Source: Octopus vulgaris (Eukaryota). From it: a stretch of DNA of 64,000 bases. Shown here piece after piece: positions 13,095 through 27,246 of this stretch; the first letter of the stretch is position 1, and each line of letters begins with the position of its first letter. The stretch lies in contig OX597825.1 in assembly GCA_951406725.2 (NCBI GenBank), positions 67,394,001 to 67,458,000 on the forward strand, given 5' to 3'. A program made the translations under genes and the position numbers. Under the pieces are notes generated by a model. That model ran no database searches, had not been told where the DNA came from, and saw only the letters and a list, made by a program, of their open reading frames with translations.

Positions 13095-13342
13095 CTAAAC
13101 AACATCAAGAACAGTAACTACTACAAAACAACAACAATAACTACTATTACTACTACTACTAATACTACTAGTGCAACCACTACCACCACCAAAACAACCA
13201 CCACCACTGCCACTGCCACCACCAACACCTCCACCAAAAAACCACCACCACCACCATCGCAACCACCATCTCAACCACTACCGCCACAACAACCACTACA
13301 ACCACCACCATCACCACCACCACCACAGCTACTACTACTACT

Positions 13343-13383
<41 letters not shown>

Positions 13384-13469
13384 TAATAATAATGATGATG
13401 ATAATAATAACAATAATAATAATGATGATGATAATAATAACAATAATAATAATGATGATGATAATAATG

Positions 13470-13520
<51 letters not shown>

Positions 13521-13601
13521 TTAATAATAATGGTAACTACTACTAATAATGGTAACAATAATAATGATAACAATAATAATGGTAACAATAATAATGATAA
13601 C

Positions 13602-13642
<41 letters not shown>

Positions 13643-13660
13643 GTAATAATAAATAGTAAT
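13095..13660. repeat. Compound trinucleotide microsatellite (ACA/ACT/ACC/AAT/GAT)
   Basis: Direct reading. Confidence 0.97.
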
Positions 13661-14605
13661 ACTGCTGCCGCTGCCTCTGTATTGTCTATTTCGTGTTGAT
13701 ATCTACGCCATTTTCCTCCGTTTCTCATTTCCTACTTTTGTCACTATTTACGTCTGTCAAATCTGTCAGATTTGTGTCGCAGACAACAGCTCATCTTTCC
13801 CATTATTCTCGTGACTGTTATTTATCTATCTATTATGCTTTGTTTCCATTCCTTTCATCAAATGCATTTCCTATCGCAGATATTTTCCGGTATTCTTTAC
13901 ATTGTCTGTCTCCATATCGTTATTTCTTCGCTGTTTTTGTTTTTAAAATATTTTCTCATCCCTTTACATATATAAAACCATCTCAAATACATTTTCTTTC
14001 GAGCTTTCTCCTCAGATCACTTTCTCTTTTCAAAATATGATCCTCTCTCTACACACAAATACACACATACACGCACACACATATACACACATACACGCAC
14101 ACACATATACACACACACACAACACACACACAAATACACAGACAAACACACGGACACACACATATTGTTGTCGCCTTAGGTGTTTATAATGTTTCAAGAT
14201 AACATTAAATCCTTTTTTGGAACACTGGTTCTCGAAGTAAATAAGACTATAAAGAATAATATACTCTTTTACTCTTGTACTTGTTTCAGTCATTTGACTG
14301 TGACCATGCTGGAGCACCGCCTTAAGACGAGCAAATCGACCCCAGGACTTATTTTTTGGAAGCCTAGTACTTATTCTGAAATTAAGCTTAGTACTTGTTC
14401 TGAAGTTAAGAAATCATACTAATAACTAAAATCAACAACATTCAAGTATATGCATACATACATACACACAAAATACATACATTCTTACTAACATACATAC
14501 ATACATACATACATACATAGAAATTAGGCTTCCGGAGAAAACTGACGATTTTCGAAAACAAAATACGGTCAAGCGTGTCAAGCGTGTCTTCTTCGGCTGA
14601 CGGCC

Positions 14606-14664
<59 letters not shown>

Positions 14665-15027
14665 CCTTCTATTATAGGCCTGAAATGTGAGGGATGGGAT
14701 CAGTCGATTAAATCGACTCAAGTACACAACTGGTACATCATTTATCGACCCCGAAAGGGTGAAAGGCAAAGTCAACATCGGCGGAATTTGAAATCAGAGC
14801 GTACCGATGGGCGAAACAGCGTTAAGCGTTTCGCCCCGGCACGCTAACAATTCTGCCAGCTTGCTGCCTGAAAAAGAAAAAGAAGAAGAAGAAGAAGAAG
14901 AAGAAGAAGAAGAAGAAGAAGAAGAAGAAGAAGAAGAAGAAGAAGAAGAAGAAGATGAAGAAGAAGAAGAAGAAGAAGAAGAAGAAGAAGAAGAAGATGA
15001 AGAAGATGAAGAAGAAGAAGAAGATGA
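14606..15027. repeat. (AAT)n and (GAA)n tracts flanking a minus-strand SINE A (14664-14869)
   Basis: Direct reading. The SINE A core lies between the two tracts. Confidence 0.9.
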
Positions 15028-16672
15028 TTATGCCCATGCAAGTCAGGACATTGCCTAAGGTTACAAGTATGTTAGATGCAATTCATGCATGTCTGGAAAA
15101 GTTCGATTATTTTGACAATATCTCTTAAATCATATTTCATTGCTTATAATACTTTACATGCATAGTTGGTATAAGGTTTTGTATAATTTATCTCTTCGAT
15201 TTTCGAAGTCAATAATTGTTGTTAATGTCTTGATCCTCATCATCGTTATCGTTGTTATTGTTGCTGTTGTCATTCTAATGATTGTATGTAAGAAGCATTT
15301 TATCACAGTATTACGTTAATTCATTTTTTTCTTCAGTTAATATTTAAATAGGAAATCAACCTCGAAAATTCTATAAGTGTATCTATAAGTCATTATTACC
15401 CTCTTTGTTGCCAGTCCTCACATCAAATCTCTCCACAAACCGCAGTCCTGATCACTATGCAAAGCACTTATCTATCGTATTTTCCAGAATGCAAGTCTGT
15501 TTATTTTAGACCAAAATTTACAGCCATAAGAGATATATCGACTTATACACACAGACGATTATGGTGGACCAGAAATTCTACGTGAACTACCACAGGATTT
15601 TGAAATCGGTTGATGATGTTTGAATGTTTAGACTTCATGTTTACACTATATCACGCAACTTCTGTGCTAGATAAAACTGCAGAACGTTAACATACCTTTA
15701 CTGTTTGGAAATGGTAATATGTGATTGCAAAGAATTAGGCTCTTTGATTGATCCCGTAAATAAGCACGAGTAATCACTACAAAGAAAAGGCATAGTTCCT
15801 TTCATTCTCTGAGAGTTAGCTGGAAATATGTCGATTTATGGGAAGGATGCTGAAGAACAACAAAGTGATCAAAGAACGTAGGAACTTGATTAGAAATTAA
15901 TATCTAATAAGGTAGGGTTGATAGACATTAACATTTTACAAGATATATTTCAGATCACTACTAAATGAAATTAGCAATTCAATTTTCGTGTTTAATATCC
16001 CTTTAGCTCCAACATCTTATCTGAATCTGATAATGAACTGTAGTTTATTTGGAACGTTTGACCAGCATCGCAAATATGATGACGTATGTTGAATTTTCCA
16101 TGTACAAAATCTAAGTCTTAGATATCTATATTATATTTAAGTCGGTATTTAGTGGAAGTAGCGAAAGATACATAGCTAGCTTCCAGGAACGAACATGAAT
16201 CATAAATTGTCAGTATTTCCTGCTCTCCATATCCGTCTAGTTTTTAGAATATTAAATGTACGATGTAGACGACCTTTTATGATTGTCTTGTGAGTACAGG
16301 TGAAGTACCATGATTAATTAAACTAAATTCACTCATTTCCTGAAATTGCTAATAAATTACAAATCAATATTAGAATTTAGAGTGTGGTAGAACCAGTTGA
16401 GTGCCTGCTTAAATGCATAGAGTTATGTACGAAGCATTGATAGAATTTTCATGTGATTGCGCAACTTGCTAAAACTTGCAGCTGAATCCACTTCAAATCG
16501 TATTATGCCGTCTTATGATAGGAATATCACATTGGATAGGAGCAAGGTAATACCTAGGTAGACCACCTGTAACAAATATAGTCTGGATAAGGTTGGATTG
16601 TTTTAATCACAAGTATGAGTGGGTTTTTTTCCAGAGCATGTCTGGGTTTCAACAACCACAACAAAAATAACG

Positions 16673-17291
16673 GGTTCAAACTTTGGCACAGCGTCAGCAA
16701 TTTTTAAGAGTGTGGCAAGTCGATTAGATGGAACCTAGTACTTCAGTGACATATATCTTAATGATTCTGAAAGGATGAGAGGCAAAGTCGATCCCGGCGG
16801 AATTTGAGCTCTGAGTGTTAAGAAGGACAAAAATCTGCGAAGTATTTTCTCCGGTGTGCTAACGGTTCTACTAGCTCGCCGCTTTTACCACGACAACACT
16901 AATTTTTTGTCATTTTGGCACAAGGCAAGCAGTTTGGGGGGGGGAGTCAGATGGTACTTATTTTATCTACTATCTTCAAAAAAACGAAAGGCAAGGACGA
17001 CTTCGACTGCATTTTAACTCAAAACGTAAAGACTAACAAACTTTTACTGAACATCTTATCTGGTGTGCTAACCGTTCTGCCAGCTCATCGCCATTACCAA
17101 CAATATTGGTTTCAAATTTCGGCACATGGCAAGCAATTTCAGGGGAGGGGATAAGGCGATTACATCGTCCCCAGTGCTCGACTGGCACTTGTTTTATCGA
17201 CCCCAAAGTGATAAACTCAGAACGTAAGAACGAACGAAACACCGTTAAGCATTTTACCCGCTGTGCTAACTATTCTGCTAGCTTACTACCT
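16673..17291 (-). mobile_element. Three head-to-tail diverged SINE A copies
   Basis: Units begin near 16673, 16905 and 17109 (ttggcaca/ttcggcaca) and end in cagctcgccgc-like heads. Confidence 0.75.
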
Positions 17292-17464
17292 TATACACGC
17301 CAACAATAATAACAACTAGAATTATTTACAATTCAGAGGGGCAGCTGTTATCGATTACAAGATTTGCTAGAAATAGGAAATGAGTCTATCCCGCTCTAAT
17401 CACTCTTTGGAGTCTTTGAGAAAAAGAGGACATGGTGAACAAAGTAATCTGAAATACACAATAT

Positions 17465-17856
17465 TTTTTCTACTCTAGACACAAGGCCCGAAATTTTTGA
17501 GGAGTGGGCCAGTCAATTAGATCGACCCAAGTACGCAACTGGTACTTCATTTATCGATCCGATTTGAACTCAGAACGTAACGGCAGACGAAATACCGCTA
17601 AGCATTTCGCCCGGCATACTAACGTTTCTTATTTCTTAATGCCCACAAGGGGCTAAACATAGAGGGACAAACAAGGACAGACAAACGGATTAAGTCGATT
17701 ACATCGGCCCCAGTGCCTAACTGATACTTAATTTATCGACCCCGAAAGGATGAAAGGCAAAGTCGACCTCAGCGGAATTTAAACTCAGAACGTAACGGCA
17801 GACGAAATACGGCCACGCATTTCGCCCGGCGTGCTAACGTTTCTGCCAGCTCGCCG
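17465..17856 (-). mobile_element. SINE A dimer with two different tails
   Basis: The head is at ~17856. The first unit has the gtttgtctgtccttgtttgtccc tail and the second the aatttcgggccttgtgtctagagtag tail. Confidence 0.8.
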
Positions 17857-18299
17857 AATTTGGAAAACATAATATTCGAGAAAAACATAGGATATAGTCA
17901 TGGCTAGTACGTCTTTGATAATAGGTCCACATGATCTGTACTGGCAAAAACAACACGAGCAAAGACAACTTCAGTTATTGATTCACGCTTCAGGATTCTA
18001 GATCGAAACGTTCCCTTATCTAACTTTTCATTTTTTGAAAAATTTGTTATGTTCTCGGTGATGTCGACATAGGCGTAAGTGAACTAACTAGAATTAGCTA
18101 AGTCAATTGTACTTTTCTCCTAAATATTCAAGGAAATATGCTGAAATTAGAAAATAGCATCAGCATTTTAGGAATGATTAGAAATGAGATTACTTAGCTC
18201 TTTATTAGTAAAACAAACAAAAAAAACTCTAACATATTTTTCTGAGAACTCAACACACAGAAACAATTTTATAATACAATTATATACGAGTAAGTAGCA

Positions 18300-19140
<841 letters not shown>

Positions 19141-19244
19141 TCAAAAACTAGTTCACGAAAACTATCATTAAGTTTTATCTGAGAATATCTCTCTTCTGAA
19201 CATTCATTTTGCATGTGTTTATGTAGATATAATTATAGATGTTC

Positions 19245-19638
19245 TTTTCTACTCTAGGCACAAGGTCCGATATTTTGGAGGTGGGGACCAGTCGATTACA
19301 TCGACCTCAGGGTTTCACTGGTACTTAATTTATTGACCCGGAACGGATAAAAGGCAAAGTCGACCTCGGCGGAATTTGAGCTTAGAACATAAAGACAATC
19401 GAAATACCTATTTCTTTACTACTCACAAGGCGCTCGACACAGAGAGGACTAACAAGGACAGACAAACGGATTAAGTCGATTACATCGACCCCAGTGCGTA
19501 ACTGGTACTTATTTAGTCGACCCCGAAAGGATGTAAGGCCTAGTCGACCTCGGTGGAATTTGAAATCAGAAAATAATGGCGGACATACTACTGCTAAGCA
19601 TTTCGCCCGGCGTGCTACTTTTCTGCCAGCTCGCCGCC
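19245..19638 (-). mobile_element. SINE A dimer with two different tails
   Basis: Same architecture as 17465-17856. Confidence 0.8.
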
Positions 19639-19999
19639 TTTATGTAAAATTTAACTTCTTTTGGCTTAGCTTGGTAGCATTGTGTTAGTATAAATTGGTC
19701 TGATTGGTATTTTGCATCTTCTGTATCTAAATATACTGGAACAATATAAGCGATTATCTGTAATGTATGATGTTATCATCAGTTAAAGATGTGATATCCT
19801 CCATTCTTGTTCATTTTGTTACATACTTCGTATTTCTTAAAATTCGTCTATGTGATATCTGGATTTCCTATTATACACGCGGATTATAATTCTCTTTGAA
19901 TTTGTTGGTATCTGATTGTTTCATGTAACTAACCACTGTTGCTTAATAGGTGATTGAATTGTATATATCTACCTGAGATTATTAATCATTTTTACCTCA

Positions 20000-20638
20000 T
20001 ATAAAATCACCAAATCTGTCCAGTGTTGCGTAGTGTTGTTTCCTGTTGGATTCCCAGATACAGCATTTCTAGCTCTTTAGCCATTATCAATAGGAAATAC
20101 CGAAGAGAGGTAACTCAAGGCAGATTTAAAATCCAATTTTAACTATCACACAGTCAACAGCATTGACTGAGTTGCACTATTAGACCGTCAGGCTGGGAGA
20201 TTTCAGCAGTCCGAACGTCAAGCATTGTTCAGGTATAAACGAACTCAGGTCTTCTTTGAAAATATACTTTAAAATATGCTTTCAAATTCTAAAGGCAAAA
20301 TCACTGCAGTTAACATGGAATTAAAATTTCTCATATGGTAAAAGGTGTTTGCTTTTAGAAGTTGAAATATATCACAAACATGGCTGAGCTAACCTAAAGT
20401 TAGTGTATGCCTAAACACTGCTTGGCGCTCGTATTGCTCAATTTCTCTCGACCTGTCAGTCTAATAGAGCAACTACATCAATTTTGCTGATTGTGTTTTA
20501 TTTAACGCTACGGCTGTAAATCTTCCCGAAGAGTTATCTCTTCGGTATTCTCCATTGACAACGTCTAAAGAGCTGGATATGCTGCATCTCGGAATCCGAC
20601 AGTGGGGAAACAATGCGCAGATGTGGTGTTTTTATAAT
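20000..20638. repeat. Old foldback/MITE-like inverted repeat (arms ~250 bp)
   Basis: ctgttggattcccagatacagcatttctagctctttag...gaagagaggtaactc pairs with gagttatctcttc...ctaaagagctggatatgctgcatctcggaatccgacag. Arms are ~20000-20250 and ~20391-20638. Confidence 0.8.
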
Positions 20639-20716
20639 TTTTACCATAAGAGCGAAATTCTTTCTCAACGGTAAATACAGTAACTGTGGCTTTAGATGTT
20701 GAAATGTGTTACAAAC

Positions 20717-20789
<73 letters not shown>

Positions 20790-20793
<4 letters not shown>

Positions 20794-21172
20794 TTTCACT
20801 TATTTCAGTCATTTGACTGTGGCCATGCTGGAGCACCACCTTTAGTCGAGCAAATCGGCCCCAGGACTTATTCTTTGCAAGCCTAGCACTTATTCTATCA
20901 GTCTCTTTTGCCGAATCGATATGTTACCGGGACGTAAACACATCAGCATCGGTTGTCAAGCGATGTTGGGGAAGACAAGCACAGACACACACATATATAT
21001 ATATATATACATTACGGGTTTCTTTCAGTTTCCGTCTACCAAATCCACTCACAAGGCTTTGGTCGGCCCGGGACTATAGTAGAAGATACTTGCCTAAGGT
21101 GCCATGCAGTGGGTCTGAACCCGGAACCATGTGGTTTGTAAGCAAACTACTTACCACGCAGTCACTCCTGCA
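20790..21172 (-). mobile_element. SINE B, full length
   Basis: Matches the family B consensus and sits between (TA)n tracts. Confidence 0.88.
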
Positions 21173-21899
21173 CCTTGTATATATATATATATATAGTGCT
21201 AATTTACGTATATGAATTGGAAGTTTGATAGATTCAGTATTAGACTAAACACGCTACTTACATTTAAAACTCTGTTTTTACAAGCACATCCGCTCACACA
21301 TACATTCACGCATGCGCATAATACGAACACGCATCTATACTCTCAGTTAGTGGTGCAAAAGCACTGTGATAAAACCTTTTAAAACCGAAAGGAAAGAGAA
21401 ATACGCAGAAAACCAACCACAAGGAAACACGCTCAAAATTATGCAAAAGCGAAAATCATCAAGAAGTCTCTTATCAGTTAAGTTTAAACAAACCAGACTT
21501 TCACAAAAATTAAAATTACAAATATTCAACATTAGGTGGTTTAAAAGCAGAAGGCCTCATTATTTTTAGTAAGAAATAGTAAATTCCAAACAGAACCTAC
21601 TACGTATATAGTTTTAACAGGCTAACAGTTGAATGCTGTATTCTTAGATAAATTGAAGAATGTATAAACCGCCAACTTCTCAAATTCCCTATCATTAAGA
21701 GCTTGAAAAATACCTCTGTAGACATAACAGCGTTGTTAGCTATCTTCACTGTTCATTAAGTATACAAAGAATTAAGTGGTTTAGCTTAATTGGCGATTTA
21801 TATACATTCACGGAACCGAATGTTGTTACCAAGATCAATAACATTACATTGTCTTTGGTCTAACATAAACATTAATACACGGAGCTATATTCTACTCAC

Positions 21900-22128
21900 G
21901 TGTGTGAGTATGTGTGTATGTGTGTGTGTGTGTGTATTCACATACATACACATAAAGACATATATACACACATAGAAACACCTGCACACCCACACCACAT
22001 ACATAAACACCCCCCACACATATATATGTATGTATGTATATATATATATATGTGTGTGTATATATATATGCATATGTGTATATATATATATGTGTGTATA
22101 TATATGTGTATATATATATGTGTATATA

Positions 22129-22161
<33 letters not shown>

Positions 22162-22174
22162 GTTTATATGTATG

Positions 22175-22213
<39 letters not shown>

Positions 22214-22415
22214 ATATATGTATATATATACGTATATATATATGTATATATATATGTATTTATATGTATATATATGTATATATATATGTATATATATATG
22301 TATATATACATATATATGTATATATATATGTATATATACATATATATGTATATATATAAGTATATATATATATATATAAGTATATATATATATATATGTA
22401 TATATATAAGTAAAA

Positions 22416-22455
<40 letters not shown>
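21900..22455. repeat. (TA)n/(TG)n microsatellite field
   Basis: Direct reading. Confidence 0.95.
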
Positions 22456-22803
22456 ACGTTACAGTTGTTCTTCTTAACTATGTAATTGTTTCAACGTTGA
22501 GCATTAACCAAATTTGTAAAGGTTAAAAATCCATCTTATTACTAATATTTAAATATAGATCCACCGTCATGTTATATTAAGTGATCCATCACTGATGTCT
22601 GAGCAATGTCTCGCCTATAAAATTCTCAAACAGAAATTCTAAGTGAAGTGAGGACAACTCCTAGATTTAAAACTTGGGATTAGACTGAAACTATCTTCAA
22701 TACCTTGATATAAATTTTAATAGCCTGCATTATTCTATAACGTTGGAGGAACGAGGAAATGGTTTCCTGTTAGAAGAGAGGGTACAGCTCATTAACTTTG
22801 TAA

Positions 22804-23015
22804 AGGCAGCGAGCTGGCAGAATTGTTAGCATTCCAGGCAAAATGCTTAGCAGAATTTCGTCCGTTTTTACGTTTTGAGTTCAAATTTCGCCGAAGTCGA
22901 CTTTGCTTTTTATCCTTTCAGGGTCGATATATTAAGTACCAGTTGAACACTGGAATCGATGTAATCGACTAGCCCTTTCCCCGAAAGTGTTTGGCTTTGT
23001 GCCTATAGCAGAAAG
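22804..23015 (+). mobile_element. SINE A monomer
   Basis: Head ggcagcgagctggcagaa and B box gagttcaaat. 17 bp TSD gctcattaactttgtaa (22787-22803, 23016-23032). Confidence 0.9.
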
Positions 23016-23675
23016 GCTCATTAACTTTGTAATCTCCCCGAGACTGGGGAAGTTGATGTGGTTGATATTCAGATGAAATAAGTGTGTATCGTCTTTGACC
23101 TCTGTGTGTGTGTGTGTGTGTGTCGTTGGGAGGAAAGGGGTGGAGGAGTCAACCTTGTCGAAGTTGCAGTTATAAGTGAGAAAGAATGGAAAATATGGGT
23201 CGTGTAGGTTGTAAGAGATGAGGCATAGATAGAATAAGCGGAAGTTGAAAAGCAGTTGGATTCTGTGAGTCTAGACAGAGGAAGATTTACCTAGCTAAAT
23301 TAAAATACTATTATAATAAGGAAAAAAAAAGAGATAAATAGAAAAAGTATCGTGGGACCGCGTACCGCGTGCTGGTGGCGATAAGTAATTGGTAGGTGAA
23401 TGCTTTCAAAACATTCGAATGGAGCACGATCTTTGTGAGTGTGTGTGTGTGCGTGTGCGCATGCGTGGGTGGGTGTACGGGACTCTGAGTGCGTGCGCGT
23501 AGCATAAATACCGATTAAAGCACGAAAGCAATACTCCAATGATGTGCGTTGTTGACCTTTATTCAGGATCAACAGAAAATCAAGGTTGAAATATTTTTTG
23601 CGCTTAAAGAGAAATACAATCTGCAAAACCTTGTATATATATATTTATATATATAAATGTATATATATATATATA

Positions 23676-23875
23676 TATACATTTAAACACAAAGAGAAAT
23701 TTACCTATAACAGGTAATTTCTACACGCTAGTAAAAAAAATCCGAAACCTATAGGTATTTTTCTTCCCTTTGAAATTGCTTAAACTTTTTTTGTGGTCTT
23801 AAGTTGTTTTGGCTGTCTCCTAGCGTGTAGAAATTACCTGTTATAGGTAATTTTCTCTTTGTGTTTAAATATACA
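23676..23875. mobile_element. Hairpin MITE (TACATTTAAACAC termini)
   Basis: ~55 bp TIRs: tacatttaaacacaaagagaaatttacctataacaggtaatttctacacgctag and its reverse complement. Confidence 0.8.
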
Positions 23876-23879
23876 GGGT

Positions 23880-24897
23880 CATATCTGATTGTATCTTTAC
23901 TATAAACAATTACAAGAAAAGGGCATTGAACAGAATCTTGCTCTATACCATTGTTTTGTTGATTTGAGCAAAGCATTCGATACTGTTAATTGAAATTCTC
24001 TGTGGGTAATTCTAAGGAAAATAGGTTGCCCAGAACAATTTGTAAACGGGATCAGGGCTTTGCATCAATATATGAAAGCTAGAGTTGACTTTGGTGGTAG
24101 GCTCTCTGAATCTTTTGCCGTGGAAAATGGAGTAAAGCAAGGAGACCTTGATGCACCCGCCCTCTTTGCAATATACTTTGCTGTTGTATTGTGTCATGCT
24201 TTTCAAAACTCTGAGGAGGGTATTTACGTAAAATATCGAACAGCAGGGAATGTTTTTAATCTGACCAGATTGATATTCAAAACGAGGGTTTTTACTTCAC
24301 TCATTATGGAACTTTTATACGTTGACGATTGCGATTTTGTCACTCATTCCGAAACAGGACTGCAATCTCTTATATCTGCATTTGACTAAGCTTGTGATGA
24401 TTTTGGCCTGACCATCAACTTGGAAAATGCAGTTGTAGTGCATCAGCCTGCGTGTGGTGCTGTTTGTAACCTCGCTAAAATTTTTGTTAAGGGTAAGTTA
24501 CTTGAGGTTATCGATTCGTTTATCTACCTAGGAAGCTCTGTACAAAATGATGAAAATCTTCATACAGAAATACAGCTGCGAATTCAATTCAAAGGGCAGC
24601 ACAAGCATTTGGTAGTTTGGAGTCACGCATTTGGTGTCAGCGACATATGAATAAGAATACAAAGCTGGTTCTACAAATCATTTGACTTACCATCCCTGTT
24701 GTATTCTTGTGAAACATGGACTTGTTAGAACAATTCTACCAAAAATGCCTTCATTGCATTGTAAACGTTAAATGGAGTTATTTTAATCCAAACACAGATG
24801 TCCTTGCATCTGCAGGCATCACCTCAATTTAAGCAATGATTTTAAGGAACCAAATGAGATAGTGTGGCCATATTGTTCGAATGGCGGATGAACGCAT
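23880..24897 (+). mobile_element. RTE-clade LINE reverse transcriptase fragment, decayed
   Basis: QLQEKGIEQN..FVDLSKAFDTVN..IGCPEQFV..GVKQGDLDAPALFAIY..LLYVDDC..FIYLGS..GHIVRMADER, with stops and frameshifts. Confidence 0.92.
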
Positions 24898-24960
24898 GAA
24901 CATGTACAGATCCATGAGATAGTATCTTCTACTAGAGCCCTGCCTAGAATGTAGATTTGG

Positions 24961-25180
24961 TTGGCATCCTTTTTGTCTCGGGAGACAATGGAGTTGCGCA
25001 TAAAGTAGTCTAGTCCGGCTTTTATATTTCATGTCCTGATACATTTCCTGCTGTGGCTGTGTAGTCCTATCCTGGACAAACACTCCCTCTGGCAGGTACC
25101 ACAAATGTAGCGAAGACTGTTCCTGGCTGGTTGTAATGCCATAGTCTCTTGTTGACGTCTCTTCTTTTCTTTCCATTTCT
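24961..25180 (-). mobile_element. RTE-clade LINE 3' end
   Basis: Minus strand gives KWKEKKRRQQ...YICGTCQRECLSRIGLHSHSRKCIRT*, then a short UTR ending ccattgtctcccgagacaaaaaggatgccaa. Confidence 0.85.
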
Positions 25181-26199
25181 CCTCTCTCTCTTTGTCACTC
25201 CTTTGTATTCCCTCTTTTACGGTACGTCGCCATTCTCCACGGTTGCCGGCAACTGCCTCCCAACCGCTAATAATGTAGATTTAGTAGAAGGAAATTTGTA
25301 TTCGTACTTGTCACCCGTTTGATTCTCAACTGGTGTTTGTTTACGCCTTCGTAAGGGAGATCTTCGGCAAAAATAGGCGGATAGATTAAGTACCAGACCT
25401 ATTCTAACGGCCGATTTATGAAACTAACTCTATAAAGCTGTGCTCCAGCATGGCCGCTATCCAATGATTGAATCAGGTAAAAGAATAAAAGTATTCAGAA
25501 TGAATCAAGTAAAAGAGTGACTGCATCTATGCAGTCACTCGGTCTACTCGAAATAGGAGCTGAAGCTGCCTCAAATCAGACCATAACGTCTTTAAAAAGT
25601 AGGCATTAGATACCCTGCGCCTGAAAACCAAAACAAGATATTATTCACGGTTGAAATCCATTTTGATCAGAGTTATGTTTGGTTTTATCTGACCTAGAGC
25701 TAAACTATAAAACAAAGATGCCTGTTTGTTTTATACATTTTTCTGTCACGCCTAGGGAAATATATGAGGTAACATAATGGAAAATAAACCAATTGTTTCA
25801 TATACATGAAAATGAAAATAAAAACAAAAGTTATTTCACTTGACATTGTCTGGAAATAAAAATAACGTTTAGTTTTGAAATGAATCAATATTTTCGTTAA
25901 GATTACCTGAAGCCAATAAGAATCCTTCTGCGGTTTTTGATGAATATTTTTTACGCCAGATATGCAAGATATGAATGTTAGTCACAATCATATGAATTGA
26001 AGAAAGTTGGAAGTGTGTAGCTTAGCAAAATACCACTTGGGGACGTATTTCACTTACGAACTAGTTCGAAAGATTGAAACTGAAATTTGAATTCATTTTT
26101 CCTTTTCCCTCCAACCCTCTCTCAATCTCTCTCGCTCTCTCTCTCTATCTATCTATCTATCTTTCTCTCTCTCTCTAGCTTTCTCTGTGCATCAATATA

Positions 26200-26261
26200 T
26201 CTTTCTATATATATATACATAAACGTGTATGTATGTGCATATGTGTGTGTGTGTCTGTCTG

Positions 26262-26305
<44 letters not shown>

Positions 26306-26360
26306 TATCTAACTATATATATATATATAAAATTATATATACACATATATATATATACAT

Positions 26361-26394
<34 letters not shown>

Positions 26395-26568
26395 GTTATT
26401 TATATATTTATTTCGTCATTATATTTACTGCGGTGATATTTTGACCATATCACACGGGGAGTTATAGGCGGGCAATGTAAACTGGTCGTGTGCATACATG
26501 CATATATGTGTATGTATACGTTCGTATATGTAAGTATTCGTATGCTTTATGTATATATATATATATAC

Positions 26569-26636
<68 letters not shown>

Positions 26637-26650
26637 GTGTGTGTATGTAT
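26200..26650. repeat. (TA)n-rich microsatellite field
   Basis: Direct reading. Confidence 0.93.
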
Positions 26651-26670
26651 TTACGTTACTATCTGTGTAT

Positions 26671-26728
26671 ATTCCACTGATGAGACAAACCATTTCTTAT
26701 GCAAAGTCAGAAATCCGGGAACTGGAAT
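26671..26728 (+). ncRNA. Degenerate minimal hammerhead-like motif
   Basis: attcca-CTGATGA-gac...gtc-a-GAAA-tccggga-ac-tggaat. Stem I pairs over 6 bp, but the cleavage triplet is non-canonical. Confidence 0.45.
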
Positions 26729-26956
26729 TATCCAGTAAATATTTTGCTAGTTTATTTTGTCCTTTTGTCTTCTCTCCTGGTACTGTATGAACATTTAATG
26801 TGGTTTTAGAGTGAAGTCTTTACTGCTATTTCCAGCGTGGTGGTATCTCTTAAATGCCCTAAATTATAATTATAATTATATATATATATATGTTTTTTTA
26901 AAAATATAAATATATGAAAGAATGGAGTTGAACGACAAATTAACAAAATTCCTTTA

Positions 26957-27039
26957 TTTTCGACATATGTTTCGAAGGCTGCATATTCTTAATTGCGAGG
27001 GAATAAGGAGTATATTATGCCGCTTTCTCATCAGGAAAA
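26957..27039 (-). ncRNA. Minimal type I hammerhead ribozyme motif, GUC site intact
   Basis: Minus strand reads ttttc-CTGATGA-gaaagcggcata...tatgcagccttc-GAAA-c-atat-g-TC-gaaaa. Confidence 0.78.
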
Positions 27040-27163
27040 GCAAGGAACTTATGCCAACATCAAGATGCACAAGAAACTTTTAGATGACTGCTCACTATGG
27101 GCTCCGTGTGAGCAGTCATCTAAAAGTGTTTTGTGCATCTTGATGTTGACATAAGTTCCTTGC

Positions 27164-27246
27164 TTTTCCTGATGAGAAAGCGGCATAATATACTCCTTAT
27201 TCCTTCGCAATTAAGAATATGCAGCCTTCGAAACATATGACGAAAA
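27164..27246 (+). ncRNA. Minimal type I hammerhead motif, cleavage triplet mutated (GAC)
   Basis: ttttc-CTGATGA...GAAA-catatg-AC-gaaaa. Confidence 0.7.
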
